The translations under genes were made by a program, and so were the position numbers. Below, piece by piece: positions 1 to 13,370 of a DNA stretch of 64,000 nucleotides; within the stretch, counting starts at the first letter, position 1; the number at the start of each line of letters is the position of its first letter. This DNA comes from Felis catus. Lineage: Eukaryota. Location: positions 17,362,001 through 17,426,000 of the forward strand of contig NC_058369.1 of assembly GCF_018350175.1 (NCBI RefSeq), written 5' to 3'. A model generated the notes under the pieces. The model had not been told where the DNA came from, did no database searches, and saw nothing but the letters and a program-made list of their open reading frames with translations.

Positions 1-8
1 CAAGTGAG

Positions 9-210
9 AGGCACCTGGGTGTCTCAGTTGGTTGAGCATCTGACTTCAGCTCAGGTCATGATCTCACAGTTTGTGAATTTGAGCCCCACATTGGGGTCTG
101 TGCTGACAGCTCAGAGCCTGTGTCTCCCTCCCTCTCTGCTCCTCCTCTGCTCACGTGTGCGTCTGTCTGTCTCTCAAAAATAAATAAACATCAAAAAATT
201 TTTTTAAAAA
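9..210 (+). mobile_element. CanSINE (felid SINEC)
   Basis: gggcacctgggtg head, CT-rich body, A-rich tail. Confidence 0.9.
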
Positions 211-429
211 AATGAGACAACTGGGGAAAATATTGGTGAATGGAATACTGACTGGACATTTGATATTATGAATTGGTGTGTGTGTGAATGGTACTATAAT
301 TATGTTTTTAAAAGGAATCATTTTTTAGAGATGTCTGAGATTTGCTTCAAAACAATATCTAGAGTTGGGCGGAGGGAGTATGGGAATAGATGAAGTAAAA
401 CTGCCCAGGGAAAAATCCAATGAAGAGTC

Positions 430-995
430 TCTGCCTCCAATCTGACCCTCTTCTTAAATAAAGAACTTGTTTATATTATTCCCTGGTTTAAAATTCTTCA
501 ATGTTTCCCTGTAACCTACAGATTACAGGATAAATCTGTCTCACACAACATTCTGTACAAGTCAGTCTCAATTAATGTTTCAACATCATTAATCATCCAG
601 TCCACCTTCATGCACCGCCTCCCCCCCCCCCAGCTAACCACACTATTCCTTCCTCACACCCCTCTATCATTTTACATAAGCTATTCTATGTATCTAGAAG
701 AGTTTCCTTAGCTCCTCTCATAGTCGGACTGCCCAAGGTTTACTCATCCCTCCTTTTAGGATCCCCCCTCTAGGAAGTATCTCCATGTACCACCGTCTCT
801 TATAAATTCAAGGCCCTCTCTCATGGCAGCGCATGCACACTCTTAAATGCCTGAATACAAATTTGGTTCGTTCACTCCATGGTTAGTCACATGAGAATAA
901 GGACTGTGCCTCCCGAGTCCGTATTCCCAGCACTATATACTGTGCTTGACACCTACATGGTGCCCCGAAAATGGTTTTGTTGAATGAACAAATGA
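430..995 (+). mobile_element. Old L2 3' fragments
   Basis: Ends with an L2-like tail ...ttttgttgaatgaacaaatga. Confidence 0.5.
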
Positions 996-1430
996 CGGCA
1001 ATTTGGAGGGAAAGAAATCTATCTGGAGATACAAATACAGGCACCCTGCTGGGTTTTTCTTAAAGATACAACCTACAAATTAAATTCTACTTTTTGCAAT
1101 ACCTTTGTTCCACTTAATTTTATTCACATTATATCTTTGCTGAATATTAAAATCAGTGTATAATTTCCTTTTTCTAAATGTTCAGGGCCATTAAACAGTA
1201 GAAATTAACATTAAACTAAATCAGCTCATTCAAAGACTTCAATCTGCCTGGTCAGAGTAGGCCAAGACACTTGAGAGTAAAAGGAACAACTATTAATAAT
1301 TAGGTCAGAACAACAATTAACAATTAACAACGACTGTCATATACCTATGACATGATATATAGCAACCCTAATTAGAGGTATATAAAAACTAGGCTCTTCA
1401 GACAAAATAGGAATAAAAATATTTGCACCC

Positions 1431-1574
1431 AGGGCACCTGGGTGGCTCAGTCGGTTAAGCATCCAACTTCAGCTCAGGTCATGATCTCATAGTTCGTGAG
1501 TTTGAGCCCTGTGTTGGGCTCTGGGCTGACAGCTCAGAGCCTGGAGCCTGCTTCACATTCTGTGTGTGTGTGTG

Positions 1575-1622
<48 letters not shown>

Positions 1623-1700
1623 CCTCCCCCATTTGTTCCCTCCCTCCCTCCCTCCCTCCCTCCCTCTCTCTCAAAAATAAATATTAAAAAAAAATAAAAT
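1431..1700 (+). mobile_element. CanSINE with expanded (GT)n(CT)n and (CCCT)n
   Basis: Typical head and tail with internal microsatellites. Confidence 0.9.
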
Positions 1701-2094
1701 GTCAGTAACTCACAATGAACTCCATCTCTATTTTCACATTGTTAAACGAGTTGGAAATATGTAAATATTTAAATTATGGCAGATATTAACAAGATTTTGG
1801 TTTAAAGCAAAACAACAACAACAACGATTTACAAGCAGCCACATACAAAATTCAACTGTGGTAGACATCACACATGAACATTACACCACATTTATGTCCA
1901 CACCCATAATGCAATGACTTCTACTCATTCTGCCCATTTCTTCCAAACAGCTCTGGATAACTGACATCCAGCTCTAAACTAAGGATGAAAACTACTTTAC
2001 CAAGTAGGGCAAATTATTCATGGATACTTACTCTTTTCATTACAGAATATTATTTGGAACATGAAAACACAAACGAATCAAAAAAGGAAATCAA

Positions 2095-2315
2095 GGGGCG
2101 CCTGCCATCAAGGGTGGCTCAGTCAGTTGAACGTCCAACTTCAGCTCAGGTCATGATTTCACGGTTCATGGGTTTGAGCCCCATGTCGGGCTCTGTGCTG
2201 ACAGCTCAGAGCCTGGAGCCTGCTTCAGATTCTGTGTCTCCCTCTCTCTGTGTCCCTCCCCTGCTTGTGCTCTCTCAAAAATAAATGTTAAAAAATTTTT
2301 TTAATTAAAAAAAAA
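2095..2315 (+). mobile_element. CanSINE
   Basis: TSD aaaaaaggaaatcaa on both sides; small insertion in the head. Confidence 0.9.
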
Positions 2316-3104
2316 AAAAGGAAATCAATGTCCAAACATATTATTCTCTTCCTGTTTCTTGTTCCCTCAGATTCTGAATGATTTTTTCACACTCTGGTAA
2401 GTTTGTCAGCAGAGAAGGTCCTTGGGAGAGTTTGGTTTCCCATTACTTTTGCATCCATTCCTTATCCTGGCGCACAGACAGGTGGCCAGATCTTCCACCC
2501 TGAGGCAGCACAGAGAGAACCATCCACTCAGGTAGAAGTTTAGGTTTCAATCCCTGGTCCTCTCACTCAACACAACCGTAGGCACATTTCCTTCCTACTC
2601 TGCCTCACATCCTGTTACCATACAAGGGAGGCCAGACCAAATGATCTGCCAGAATCCTCCAAGATCAGATGAACCTCTACTTCCTTGGTTTACTAATGCC
2701 TCCTAAAAGGGTATCACTGCAGGAACTTGATGCCATAGCTTTCTCTTCACCCCAAAAATGCAACAAAAACACAAGCGTTGTCCTTTGCGGTCACTGGGTA
2801 TAACCATGGCCCACTACTTACAAGAATGTGTTAACAGTGCATGCAAACATTTACCAAGTCTTCAGAAGAGGGGTCCACTGGTGCCCTAAAAGGTGACCAA
2901 TTTTCTTTAAACTAAATGAAGTAAGGTATCCTTTTAACTCAACCATTGAGAATTTCACATTTATCCATTTCAGTTGGTTGACCAGGTCAAACTGCAGTTT
3001 TTCTTTAACTAAGTTGAATGAATCAACCATAAGATACTGATAATTTTATCTTGAGCTGGACTCACTTATTCAAATAGTCACTTAAGTACCTATACTATGT
3101 GTCC

Positions 3105-3618
3105 AGTTCCAGTTATTTCCTTCTCTACTTGCTCCTGTGGTGCTTTAATTGGTATGTGAGACACACAATGGTGTTCACCCCCATAAATTTCAGTGGCACT
3201 CCACACGTGGCTTTATGTGAGTTCTGCTGTCATCCCAGCTAGCTTCCTAGTGAGTTTCATCACCACCCAGAGCAGCTTCCTGGAGTTTTGCTGGTTGCCC
3301 AAAAAGTGGTATTCTTACCTGCCAGCCCCAGCCTGTGGCATCGCAGGACCTTCTCCACACTCTAGTACACCACAGCTTTATCTTCTTCAAAGGGGTCTGA
3401 ATCTCAACCTTGGGTAGACTCTCTTCCAAATTCATCCCTTTTTTGTATACTCTCTCTTGGGCACAAGAAGGAGTAACTATTCCCTATATTTGCTATTTCT
3501 AGATTCTTCAGAGCTCTTTCTACCCCTTAAATTTCTTACAATTAGTAATTAGTTGTTTATTTTAACTCTCCCTTATTCAAATTACCATGTTTCTGTTTCT
3601 TGACTGGACCCTGACATA
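3105..3618 (+). mobile_element. 5' LTR (5'-truncated) of the ERV-L provirus
   Basis: ttccctatatttgctatttctagattcttcagagctctttctaccccttaaa (~3480-3530) aligns with the 3' LTR at ~10205-10255; followed by a degenerate PBS-like agaattagtacc. Confidence 0.65.
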
Positions 3619-3665
3619 GAATTAGTACCAAAAGTCGGGCACTCCCAGAACATAAACTTACAAAC

Positions 3666-4370
3666 ATGGGATATGGCGACTGGTTTGGTCAGGCCTTTGG
3701 GTTTAAGTGCAATGCTAATGAGAACCCTGTCGATGGGAAATCGGATGCTAGTGATACATGGCATGCAGCAGTAACACAATTAATTGAGCTATCTGTGACT
3801 GAAGTGCAAACTGAGGCAAGTGCCCTGGGAGCCCAAGTCACTGTTGTAGTTGAATGTTAAGGCAATAATGACTACAACTGCAGTAGAAATCGGTTCTACT
3901 GAACACACTGAGTGCTTACTGGAAGAAAATGGCAAACTCAGGTCTCTCAAGCTCTGAGAGTCACTTTGAGAACCCGAGCAGAGAGTTCACATCACAGACT
4001 CAAAGAATCCGAAGGCAAATGTTGAGAAAAATCAAACAAAAAGGTTCAATACAAAGTCTGTTGAACTCACAGTCTCACCAAGTGTCTCATGTGAAGTCAG
4101 GACACTGACTGGGAAAGAACAGAATAATGACACTTGGAATGGAGACATCTGGTTACATGCAGGTGACAGTGACCAGCCTGAAACCCCAAGTCACTCTGAG
4201 CCTTGCTTACTAGTGAAGGAGCCTGCCCTTTAGTGCTTGAGGATACTAACTAGCCTCCCTAATTCAAAACCCTGAGAAAATTTCACGTGGGGCAGATGCT
4301 CATTTTCCTCACAGCCTACACAACTACAGTCTGTTGTCCCAGGCCCATTACTATGGTGAAGTCTCAGCAT
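3666..4370 (+). pseudogene. ERV-L gag remnant (5' part)
   Basis: ORF 3666-3860 (MGYGDWFGQAFGFK...DTWHAAV) and later gggaaagaa...cttggaatggagacatctgg resemble the ERV-L gag GKEW...WNGDIW region; many stops. Confidence 0.55.
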
Positions 4371-4379
4371 GCTCTAGGG

Positions 4380-4906
4380 TAGGGTTTGGTAAGCTACAGT
4401 CCATGGGCCAAATCTGCCCTGCTATCTGTTTCTGTACATGGCCTAAGAATGACTTTTACATTTTTAAAAAATTGAACTTTATTTTAAGACTAGTTTTAGT
4501 TTCCCAGCAAAACTGAACAGAAAATACAGATTTCCTATAAACCCTCTGCCCCTCCCACAAAGAGCCTCCCCAACTATCAACATCCCGCTCAGCATGGTAC
4601 ATTTGCTACAATCAAGGAACATACACTGACACATCATTATCACCCAAAGTCCATAGGGGTTTTTACATTTTTAAATGGTTTTAAAAAATTAAAAGACATG
4701 TGAAAATTATGTGAAATTCACAGTTCAGTGTCCATAAATAAAAGTTTTACCGGAACATAGCCTGCTCACTTGTTATATATTATTATCTATGGCTGCTTTT
4801 GTGTTACAATGGCAGAGCTGACTATCTGTGACAGAGACTGCATGGCCTGCATAGCTAAAATATTTAAATCTGGCCCTTTGCAGCAGATAAATGTTTACCA
4901 ACCCAG
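4380..4906 (+). mobile_element. hAT-Charlie MER58B-like element inside ERV gag, itself interrupted by a minus-strand L1 3' fragment (~4470-4656)
   Basis: 8-bp TSD ctctaggg (4372-4379) / atctaggg (4907-4914); degenerate TIRs; the L1 piece is flanked by a repeated ttttacatttttaaa. Confidence 0.7.
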
Positions 4907-5438
4907 ATCTAGGGGGATAGGAGGACAGGTATACAATATGATCCCGAGGAAAACAGCTTGTGCACCAAAAAAAAAAAAAAAAAAAAGTAAGATGCTGGTA
5001 ATAAAACCAGGGTAACATATGTAAAAATAGATTCTAAGAATGTTTGACCACAGAAAGTAGGATATAATTCTATATTGGGCCTAATACATTGATACAGTTT
5101 CACTCACTAGAGATTCCAAATTTAATGTGTTAGCTTATGCAGCTCAAAGTAGCTCTAAGCAGCTCACTCAATCAACTGAAATTTGGACTCAAAAGTGAAC
5201 TCCATTTACTGAGGGAGAGATGCCAAAGCTTCCCTGGCAAGATGTAAAGGAGGGAATCCAAAGGTTTAGGGAAATAGAAGCGTTAGAACAGATTTTTCAT
5301 GTGTGACCTAAGATGCACAAGAAGCCCCAGAAGGCAGTCCTTTAAGGAATTAAGAAATACATTCGTGAGGGAGCACCTGCATCCTTGAAAAGCTCTGTGG
5401 TTATTCTCCTTTGTAGTATGTACCTGTCCCCCTAGACC

Positions 5439-5515
5439 CGGGTTGACAAATTTTATCTGTAAAGCATCAGATGCAAGTATTTTATGCTTTGCAGGCTACA
5501 CCCTTTCTGTCACAA
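5439..5515 (+). mobile_element. MER58A-like 5' fragment
   Basis: gggttgacaaattttatctgtaaag...tattttatgctttgcagg resembles the MER58A start. Confidence 0.5.
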
Positions 5516-6314
5516 TCCTTAGGTATAACCATGGGGGTTGTCATCATGGAAGCGGGTTTCCTGATTTCATTAGGGAGTATGGGATCTTAGAATAGCAGAG
5601 GCCAAGTGGCAGGTCTTACTAGCCAGAGACAAGGTGGGTACACCTACCATAAAAGGCGGCAGGGTTGTATCAGTAATCAGAATGCCTTGGGGATCTTTAG
5701 TGGTAGTTAACTGATCACAACATTCATGGATTTATCTATATAATAGGAAAAAAAATCCTACTTCAGGTAGTAAAAACCACTTCTGAAAAGTCCAGTTTCC
5801 AGACCCAAGTCAATTCACAAACCCAGAAACCCTTGAGGAAAAATCCTGCAGTTTCCACAAATACAAACTGTGAATCCTCCTCCAAGCTTCCTCTAGGGCC
5901 ATTTACTAGAGTGACTGGATTAAAGAAAAGGAAATACCCAGGCCTTTCAGGGATTGGTAATTCCTGGAGACCCAAAGCACCATTTACCAGTCAAAGTGAC
6001 AGCTTCTGGTAGTCAGGTTATAGACGGAGTGCTTATTTAGCTCAAGTCCAACTCATACTGGACCCAGACATTCCATGGACCCATTTTGTGGTTATTTCTT
6101 TAGCTCCTGGATGAATAAATGGGAACAGACATACTTGGCAATTGGTATAACCCCGCACTGGCTTCCTCCACCCACACATTACCAATTGGCTAACTCAACT
6201 GTCAAGAGTCATTATCATAGGAAGAGCTAAGTGGGAATCCCCTAGAATTTCTCCTCCCTACCACAATACTAAACCAGAAGTAATACCATACCCCCAGGAG
6301 AAATAAAGACATAA

Positions 6315-8820
6315 ATGCCAGTATCAAAGACTTGGGAAAGAAAAACAAACAAACAAACAAACAAACAAACAAAGGTGGTAATATTTATCACATCCCCAAT
6401 TAACTCACCGATTTGGCCTGGGCAGAAGCAGAAGTCAGATGGATCTTGGAGAATGACTGTGAACTCTATCTTAAACTTAATTAGGAGGTTATTCCATCAG
6501 GTAGCTGATGCTCCCGAGGGCATCTTTACCGCAGCAAATCAACATGGTCCCTGTGCTTGGTACACAGCTATCGACCTGGCTAATGTCTTTTTTCCAACAC
6601 CAATTTGCAAAGACCACTGGAAGCACTTTGCTTTTACCTGCCTCTCACAGGCCTATGAGTCTTGCCTCAGGACTACATCAATTCTTCCATAATATACCCC
6701 AGAGACCTTGAACCTCAAGGCATTCCAAAAAACACCACACTAGCCCATTATACTGACTTTACGCTAAATGGATCTGATGAGTAGGAAGCAGTAAATACAG
6801 ATGCTTTAGTAAGACATATGTAAACTAAGGATGTGAGATAAACCACAAAAATTCAAGGGCCCTTCATAGCAATTAAGTGTTTGGAACCAATGGCCCAAGA
6901 TTTCCCTTCCAAGGTAAAAGATGAGTTGCAACAACTCACATCACTGACAATGAAAAAAGAGGTACACTGTTTAGTAGGCCTTTTTTGGATTTTGTAGGCA
7001 ACAAATACCACACGTGAGTGTCCTTCTTTAATCCATCCACAAAGTTAGCTAAAGTGTTGACAGTTTAGAGGAGGACGGAGCAAGAGAAGTCTCTGCATCA
7101 AGTCTGGACTGCAGTTCAAGCCGCTTTGCCATTTGGGCCTTATGATCCAGGAGATCCAATGATACTTGAAGTGTCCATGGCAAACAGGGATGCTGAATGG
7201 GGCCTCTAGCAAGCAAGAATGAGAAAACCACAGCCCAAACTTCTAGAATTTTGGAAAAACCTATGTTATCTTCTTCAGACAACTTCAGAAATAGCTTCAG
7301 CCTTGCTACTTGGTGCTGGTAGACACCAAATGCCTCAACATGGGCAGACTGTGACCATGTGACCTGAGCTTCTCATCACAAACTGTATATTATCTAACCC
7401 ACTTAGCCATAAAGTTGGGCATACCCAGTACCAATCTATCATCAAGATACATAAGAGACTAAATTCAAGCAGATCCAAAGATATGAGTAAGCTACATGAG
7501 CAGGTAGCTCACACTCCTTTAAACTGACTCCTGTCACACTGCCTCTTCTCCCTCAATTCATGCCAATAGCCTCCTAAGAGTTCCATTAAGATCAGCTGAA
7601 TAGGGGCACATGGGTGGCTCAGTGGGTTAAGCGACCAACTCTTGATTTTGGCTCAGGCCATGATCTCACGGTTCATGAGTTCGAGCCCCACATCGGGCTC
7701 TGTGCTGACAGTGCAGAGCCTACTTGGGGTTCTCTGTCTCCCTCTCTCTCTCTGCCCCTCCTGCACACACAACTCTCTGTTAAAAATAAACTTAATAAAA
7801 AAAAAAAAAAAGATCAGCTGAATAAAGAAGAAAAACCAAAGCCTGATTTATACATGGGTCTGCAAAATATGCTAATACAGATATAGTCCCACGTAAAGGT
7901 AACCCTGAAGGACAGTGGTAAAGAACAACCCTCCCAGGGGGCGGGACTTGAGCAGTACATACACTGTCCCCTCTGCCTGGAGTAATGGTCAGAGCACAAA
8001 TTTATGCTGATTATGGACAATTATTAGGGATTTTGTTGATTGGTTAAGGACTTGGAGGGAAATGGTGACAAGGAAATTTGGGAAAAATACATGTGGACAA
8101 AATGAGCACCGACTAAGATACTTGTGCTCCATGTGAATAATCATTAAAGAATAGTCACATCACTGTGAAGGAAGCTCTTCATAACCAGGTCAACAAAATG
8201 ACATACCTATGTAGATTAGTCTAGATCTTTCCCTAGCCACTAAAGTGCTTCCTCAGTGGATCATGAAAAAGTGGTCATGGTGGCAGGGATGGAAGTTACA
8301 CAGGAGCTTAACAACATGGTCTTCCCTTAAGTAAGGTTCACCTGGCTAAAGCTACTGCCAAGCGTCTAATCTGTCAATTGCACAGACCAACACTAAGCCT
8401 CCCAGTATTTGCCAGCTGGTGGCAAGCTGATTGTACTAAACATCTCCCATTATGTAGAAGGGGCAGAGATTTATCCTTACTGGAATGCACATGTATTCTG
8501 AATATAAATTTACCTTCTCTGCCTATAATGTTTCTGCCAGCATCACCACCTATGGACTCACAAAATGCTCGTTCCACCAACTTGACATTCTATACAGGGC
8601 TGCCTCTGATCAAGAAAGTCATTTCACAGCGAGGTGAAAAAATGGGCTCATGCCCGTGGAATTAACTGGTACTATTACACTCCATCACCCAGAATGGCTT
8701 GGCCTAATTAAAAGATGGAATTGCTTAGTGAAGACCCACTTACATTTTCAGTTGAAAGACCATATCCTAAAAAAATGGGATATTACTTTGAATGCTTTGA
8801 ATCAAAGACCTTTAGAGGCC
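6315..8820 (+). pseudogene. ERV-L pol remnant (RT, RNase H, integrase), frameshifted
   Basis: SPINSPIWP...DGSWRMTV...WYTAIDLANVFF...FAFT are retroviral RT motifs; WWQADC near 8415 and catcacccagaa...ggcctaattaaaagatggaa near 8685-8720 are integrase-like. Confidence 0.85.
7603..7809 (+). mobile_element. CanSINE inserted in ERV pol
   Basis: 15-bp TSD aagatcagctgaata at 7588-7602 and 7810-7824. Confidence 0.92.
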
Positions 8821-8950
8821 AGATAATATATGGGTCTGGAAATCAAGGGGAGTCACTATTCTATCCAATAACCCACTCATAGAATTTTTGCTTCCACTCC
8901 TGACAACTTTGAGATGTCCTAGTTTGAAGGTCTTAGTCCCTTAGGAAGTA

Positions 8951-9178
8951 ATGTATCTACCAGCATACACAACAACAGTTCAATTGAACTACAAAATGAG
9001 ACTCCCACCTGGCCATTTGGGACTCTTTATTCCACTGAACCAAAAGGCAGAAAAGGGGGTTACTCTACTGGCTGGAATGAGAGAGCCTGATTATCAAGGG
9101 GAAATTGGATTGCTGCTACACAATGAAAGGAAGGAAGACTATGTCTGGAACCCAGGGGATTCATTGGGATACCTCTAA
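8951..9178 (+). pseudogene. ERV-L dUTPase-like remnant downstream of integrase
   Basis: LNYKMRLPPGHLGL...GVTLLAG..EPDYQGEIGLLLHN matches dUTPase motif III (G.IDxDYxGEI); position after IN is typical of ERV-L. Confidence 0.75.
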
Positions 9179-9752
9179 TACTTCCACACTAATAATAAGG
9201 TTAATGGAAAACTAGAGCTGCCCAAAAAAGGCCAAACTACTAAACAAATGAAAATTTGAAAGTTTGGGTCATCTTGCCAGATAAAGAACTTCAATCAGCT
9301 GAGATTCTGGCTGAGGGCAAGGGAAATGGTAAAAGAAGACATAGACATCAATTATGGTCTCATTACTAATTACAGAAATGAGAACTTTGAAGGCTTGGCA
9401 TGTTTTCTCTTTGTTATGTTTTGTGTTTATTTGTATAGTATAACCATTTTCTTCTTCTCTTCCTTCTTTCCATTATTATAAGTTACCAAAGCTTAACTTC
9501 ACAATCAGTGTCTTGACAATAGAATATTCAGCGAGCTGTGATTTGAGGAGTGAATAACATGTCCAGCAATGGATATAATGACTATAGTGACTAAGCATCT
9601 TGTCATTTGGGAAAAGGATGAGAGCTTCTTCATCATATGAGAGATAGTTCTAGCCTGTTAAATGGAAATGTAAGCCTTGTTCCATTGATACATGAGCACT
9701 CATATGTATGTTGAAAAGTGCATACGGAAGCTAAGTAGCCAAAGGGGTAGAC

Positions 9753-10362
9753 TGTACCAGTTACCAAGTATTGCCTCTTAGACTCAAATCTCCCCTTTAC
9801 TGCCTTGCTTGTGATAATGGAGCTGGACCCTGTAAATGTTTCTCCTTTATCAGTTGGTATACCAGCTTAGTAGAGGGTGCTGGAGGAAGGGCTTCTCTTC
9901 TTGCTTCCTGTGTGCTTTTCTATCTTCTTGCTCCCAAGGTGCTCTACTGGTGTTTTAGTGGGCACTCACATGAGCATCTTCCCAAGCAAGTTCCACCAGC
10001 AACCCAAAGCCGGCTATCTGGTGATTTAGCAGTACCTCCATGTACAGTTTCCTGTTTGCCAATCTTGGCTTCCAGCACCTCAACAAACATCTTTACCATC
10101 CAATGAAGAAATGTAAGATAAGAAACTAGCCTTGGGTGAGAAGAGCACTCTTCACATTTTTCCTTCCTTGTGTATTCTGCCTGAGTCCTGGAGGTAGTTA
10201 ACCGTTCCCTATATCTGCTATTCTTGTATTCTTAGAGTTTTCTTTACCCTTTAAATTCCTGTTTAAATTTAAATACCTTCTAATTGCCCTTTAAATACCC
10301 TTTAATTCCCTGTTTAAATTACTGTGTCTTTTCTGTCTCCTGATCAGATGCTAGCTGATACG
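9753..10362 (+). mobile_element. 3' LTR of the ERV-L provirus (LTR41-like)
   Basis: Starts TGT right after the PPT, ends ...ctgatac; homologous to 3105-3618. Confidence 0.75.
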
Positions 10363-11899
10363 GATACTGAAAGAGTTAAGAACTGTGAGATAGCTTAAAT
10401 GGGAAAAAGAAAGATATTTAAGCCAAAGAGAATAAATCAGAAGGCACATGTTAATTTCTAATTAAAAGGCTATCATATGCATAAAAGAACATACTGTATC
10501 TTTGCTGCTCAGCACCAATAACAGCAGCAGCTGCTTCAACAACAGAACACCTGTCTATTTTACACAGAAAAACCGAAGACCAGAAATACTAACTGCTATT
10601 AAGCAGAAAGCAGAACTCCTCAATGAAGACCTGCAGGGGATCTATGTCAATACTTAGATTTACAGTTTGCACAGCTTTATGTCTTCTCATCTCATTTTAA
10701 ATTGCTTAAAACCTACTGGAGAACCAGCCATGCCGGGTTTTTGCAGTGACGAAGTCCTAAGTTAATTTTCTCACATGAAACAAAAGTCTTCAGTTTGCCT
10801 GGAATTCTTTTAAAGAGCCACCTTCAATTTTGTCCTCTAGAAATAGAGCATCTCCAAAGACACAATGGACAGCAGACATGTTCTAGTTACATCCAATTAA
10901 AATACTGTTATATAATCATCTAAATAGGAAAAGGGGCTGATGGCCAAACAGTGATTTATTGGCAAAAACAGTTCCTGGGTTGAACCTGTAAAGGCTTTCA
11001 ATGTGGACATTAATCATCATCCTAATATCATCTTACATTTATTAACTCCTTCATCCATGTTACAAAGCACTGAAATTGTTTTCTCTTCTTTAACCCAAAC
11101 AAGTCTTCTATTACTAGTTCTCTTTTTATAGAGGAAGAAACTTCAGCTCAAAGAGGGCAAATAACTTGCCCAAGAGAGCCAAGCTCAGAGGAAGATCTAT
11201 GCCTGCTCTTCCCACAGCGTTCTTGAATCTACACAAATCACTAAGACGAACTTGCTTCCAAAAAGACATGTAGTGATAACTAGACTGCAATTATATTGGC
11301 CTTGCTCTTCACTTTCTTTTCTCATGTAACCAACAGAAAGAACCACATGCTCAGAGAAAAATGCTGGTTTAGAGAAAAGAAGGGAGATGACCAAACTACT
11401 TATGTTACATCAACAATATACAAAATTCAAGTCAGATCATCTTTTTCTGTTTACACATAAAATAGCAAAGTGGTCCATAGCTCATTGAACACAACGGTCA
11501 TTATGTCTAGACAGGAGTTTGTAATTTTTTCAGTAGCATAGAAAGATCATAGTACAAGGCTTAATTATTAACTACAAAAATTCTTTTCAACCTCAGTGAC
11601 AAAGTTTTAGACATGAAAATGTGTTAGATAAAGAGGGAGATGGCAAGTCATTATAAGCTTCACATGCTCAGGGATATGACAGTAACACCAGTAACACATA
11701 CTTGGGCTTTGCCTCCAAAGACAGAAGAGGATATATCTGTATCCTGGATACATTAAAAAAAAAAATGCCTGCTTCATTTCTTACATGCTGCAGAAACACA
11801 GCAAAGTATCTATAGGGGAAAGTCCCGATATCCTTTAAAACGAGCAGGGAGTATGCAATGGCAGAAATACCCCTCCACTGCCAGAAAGAGAACTCTTCT

Positions 11900-12053
11900 G
11901 GGGGGACCGTCCGACTCTTGATTTCAGCTCAGGTCATTATCTCATGGTTTGTGGGTTCAAGCTGGCAGTACAGAGACTGCTTTGGGTTCTCTCTCTCCCT
12001 CTCTCTGCCCCTCCCCTGCTCTCTCTCTCTCAAAATAAATAAACATTAAAGAC

Positions 12054-12088
<35 letters not shown>

Positions 12089-13370
12089 ACGCTAGCTCTT
12101 CTCTCTGCTTTAATCAGTGCCTCAATCAGTGCACCCTTCCAACCTCCACGCCTTCACCTACTTTACTTCCTTTCCATCTCAGTACAAATACGATTGCCAA
12201 TTTGGGACAGACCTTCTCAGAATCACGTTTCTTTCCTTCAGAGTTGCTTTTTGTTTGTTTGTCTGTTTGTTTCATTACACATTCAACAAGATGGTGCATA
12301 CAATAACTGCTGAGCACGTACCATGTGCCAGACATGTTCTAGGTGCTGGGCCCCATCAATGACCAAAACAGAAACCCTATCCCTGTCATAATATTTATCT
12401 TCTAGTGGGGAAAGTCAGAGAATAAACAAGATAAATAATTAAACTGTACAAATTATAAGTGACAGGTACCATGAAAAAAGTGAAAGCAGAGAAGTCGGGA
12501 GAAAAAAATGGAAGAGGTACAATTTTAGAATAGAGAAGGCCTCACTGAAAAGGTATACAGAGAACTATGAGTATATCTGAGGGGAAGAACAATCAAGAGA
12601 AAACAGCCAGGGCTCAGAGCTCAAGATAAAGGCCCACCTGGTTTCTTCAGTTACAGTACTAAGAACAGCAATGAAGCAAAGTTAGCAAAGGGGAGGGTTG
12701 GCGGGGTATCGTAAAGCCTTGCGGTGACTGGTAAGGACTCTGGCTTTTACCTTGAGACGGGAAACCATTGGAAGGGTTTTAAGCAAAAGAGTAACAAGAG
12801 AATACACTACAGGGAGCAAACAAATGGAAGGTGCAAGACTAATTTGGGAGGTTATTACAGTAGTCAAGGTGAGAGAGGGTGGCTCCAATCAGGGAAAATG
12901 CAGTGGAGGTGGTGAGAAGTAGTCAGGTTCCAGGTAGATTTTTCTTTTCTTTTTAAAAAAATTTTTTTTAAAGTTTATTCACTTATTTTGAGGGAGACAG
13001 AGCATGAGTGGGGAGGGGCAGAGACGGAGAGAGAGAATCCCAAGCAGGCTCTGTGCTGTCGGCGCAGAACCTGACATGGGGCTCAAACTCATGAAACTGT
13101 GAGATCATGACCTCAGCCAAGATCAAGAGTCAGACACTTAACCTACGGAGTCACCCAGGCACCTCACGGGTCCATTTTTCTGCCAAATTAGATGTGGGGT
13201 ACAAGATAAAGAGTCGCAAACGTTTAGGCAACTAAGAGAACATTATATTTCCATTTAATGAATGGAGAAGCAGGTTTTTGTTTTGATTTGGGCGGGGGTG
13301 GGGGGGGTGGGGGAGTGGGGATCAGTTCAGTTTACCACACCTCAAATGAGGTGGCAACTTTATATCCAAA
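11900..13370. mobile_element. Cluster: CanSINE (+, ~11900-12090), L2 (-, ~12280-13370) interrupted by a CanSINE (-, ~12950-13165)
   Basis: L2-like cattcaacaa...tgtgccagacatgttctaggtgctggg; SINE heads and tails visible. Confidence 0.7.

Larger units (their letters stand above)
3105..10362 (+). mobile_element. Degenerate near full-length ERV-L (class III) provirus, probably ERV3-16A3_I/ERVL-E-like internal region with LTR41-like LTRs, antisense to MAP4
   Basis: Two homologous LTR ends, decayed gag, RT, RNase H, integrase and dUTPase remnants in ERV-L order, polypurine tract aaaggggtagac directly before the 3' LTR TG. Confidence 0.85.
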
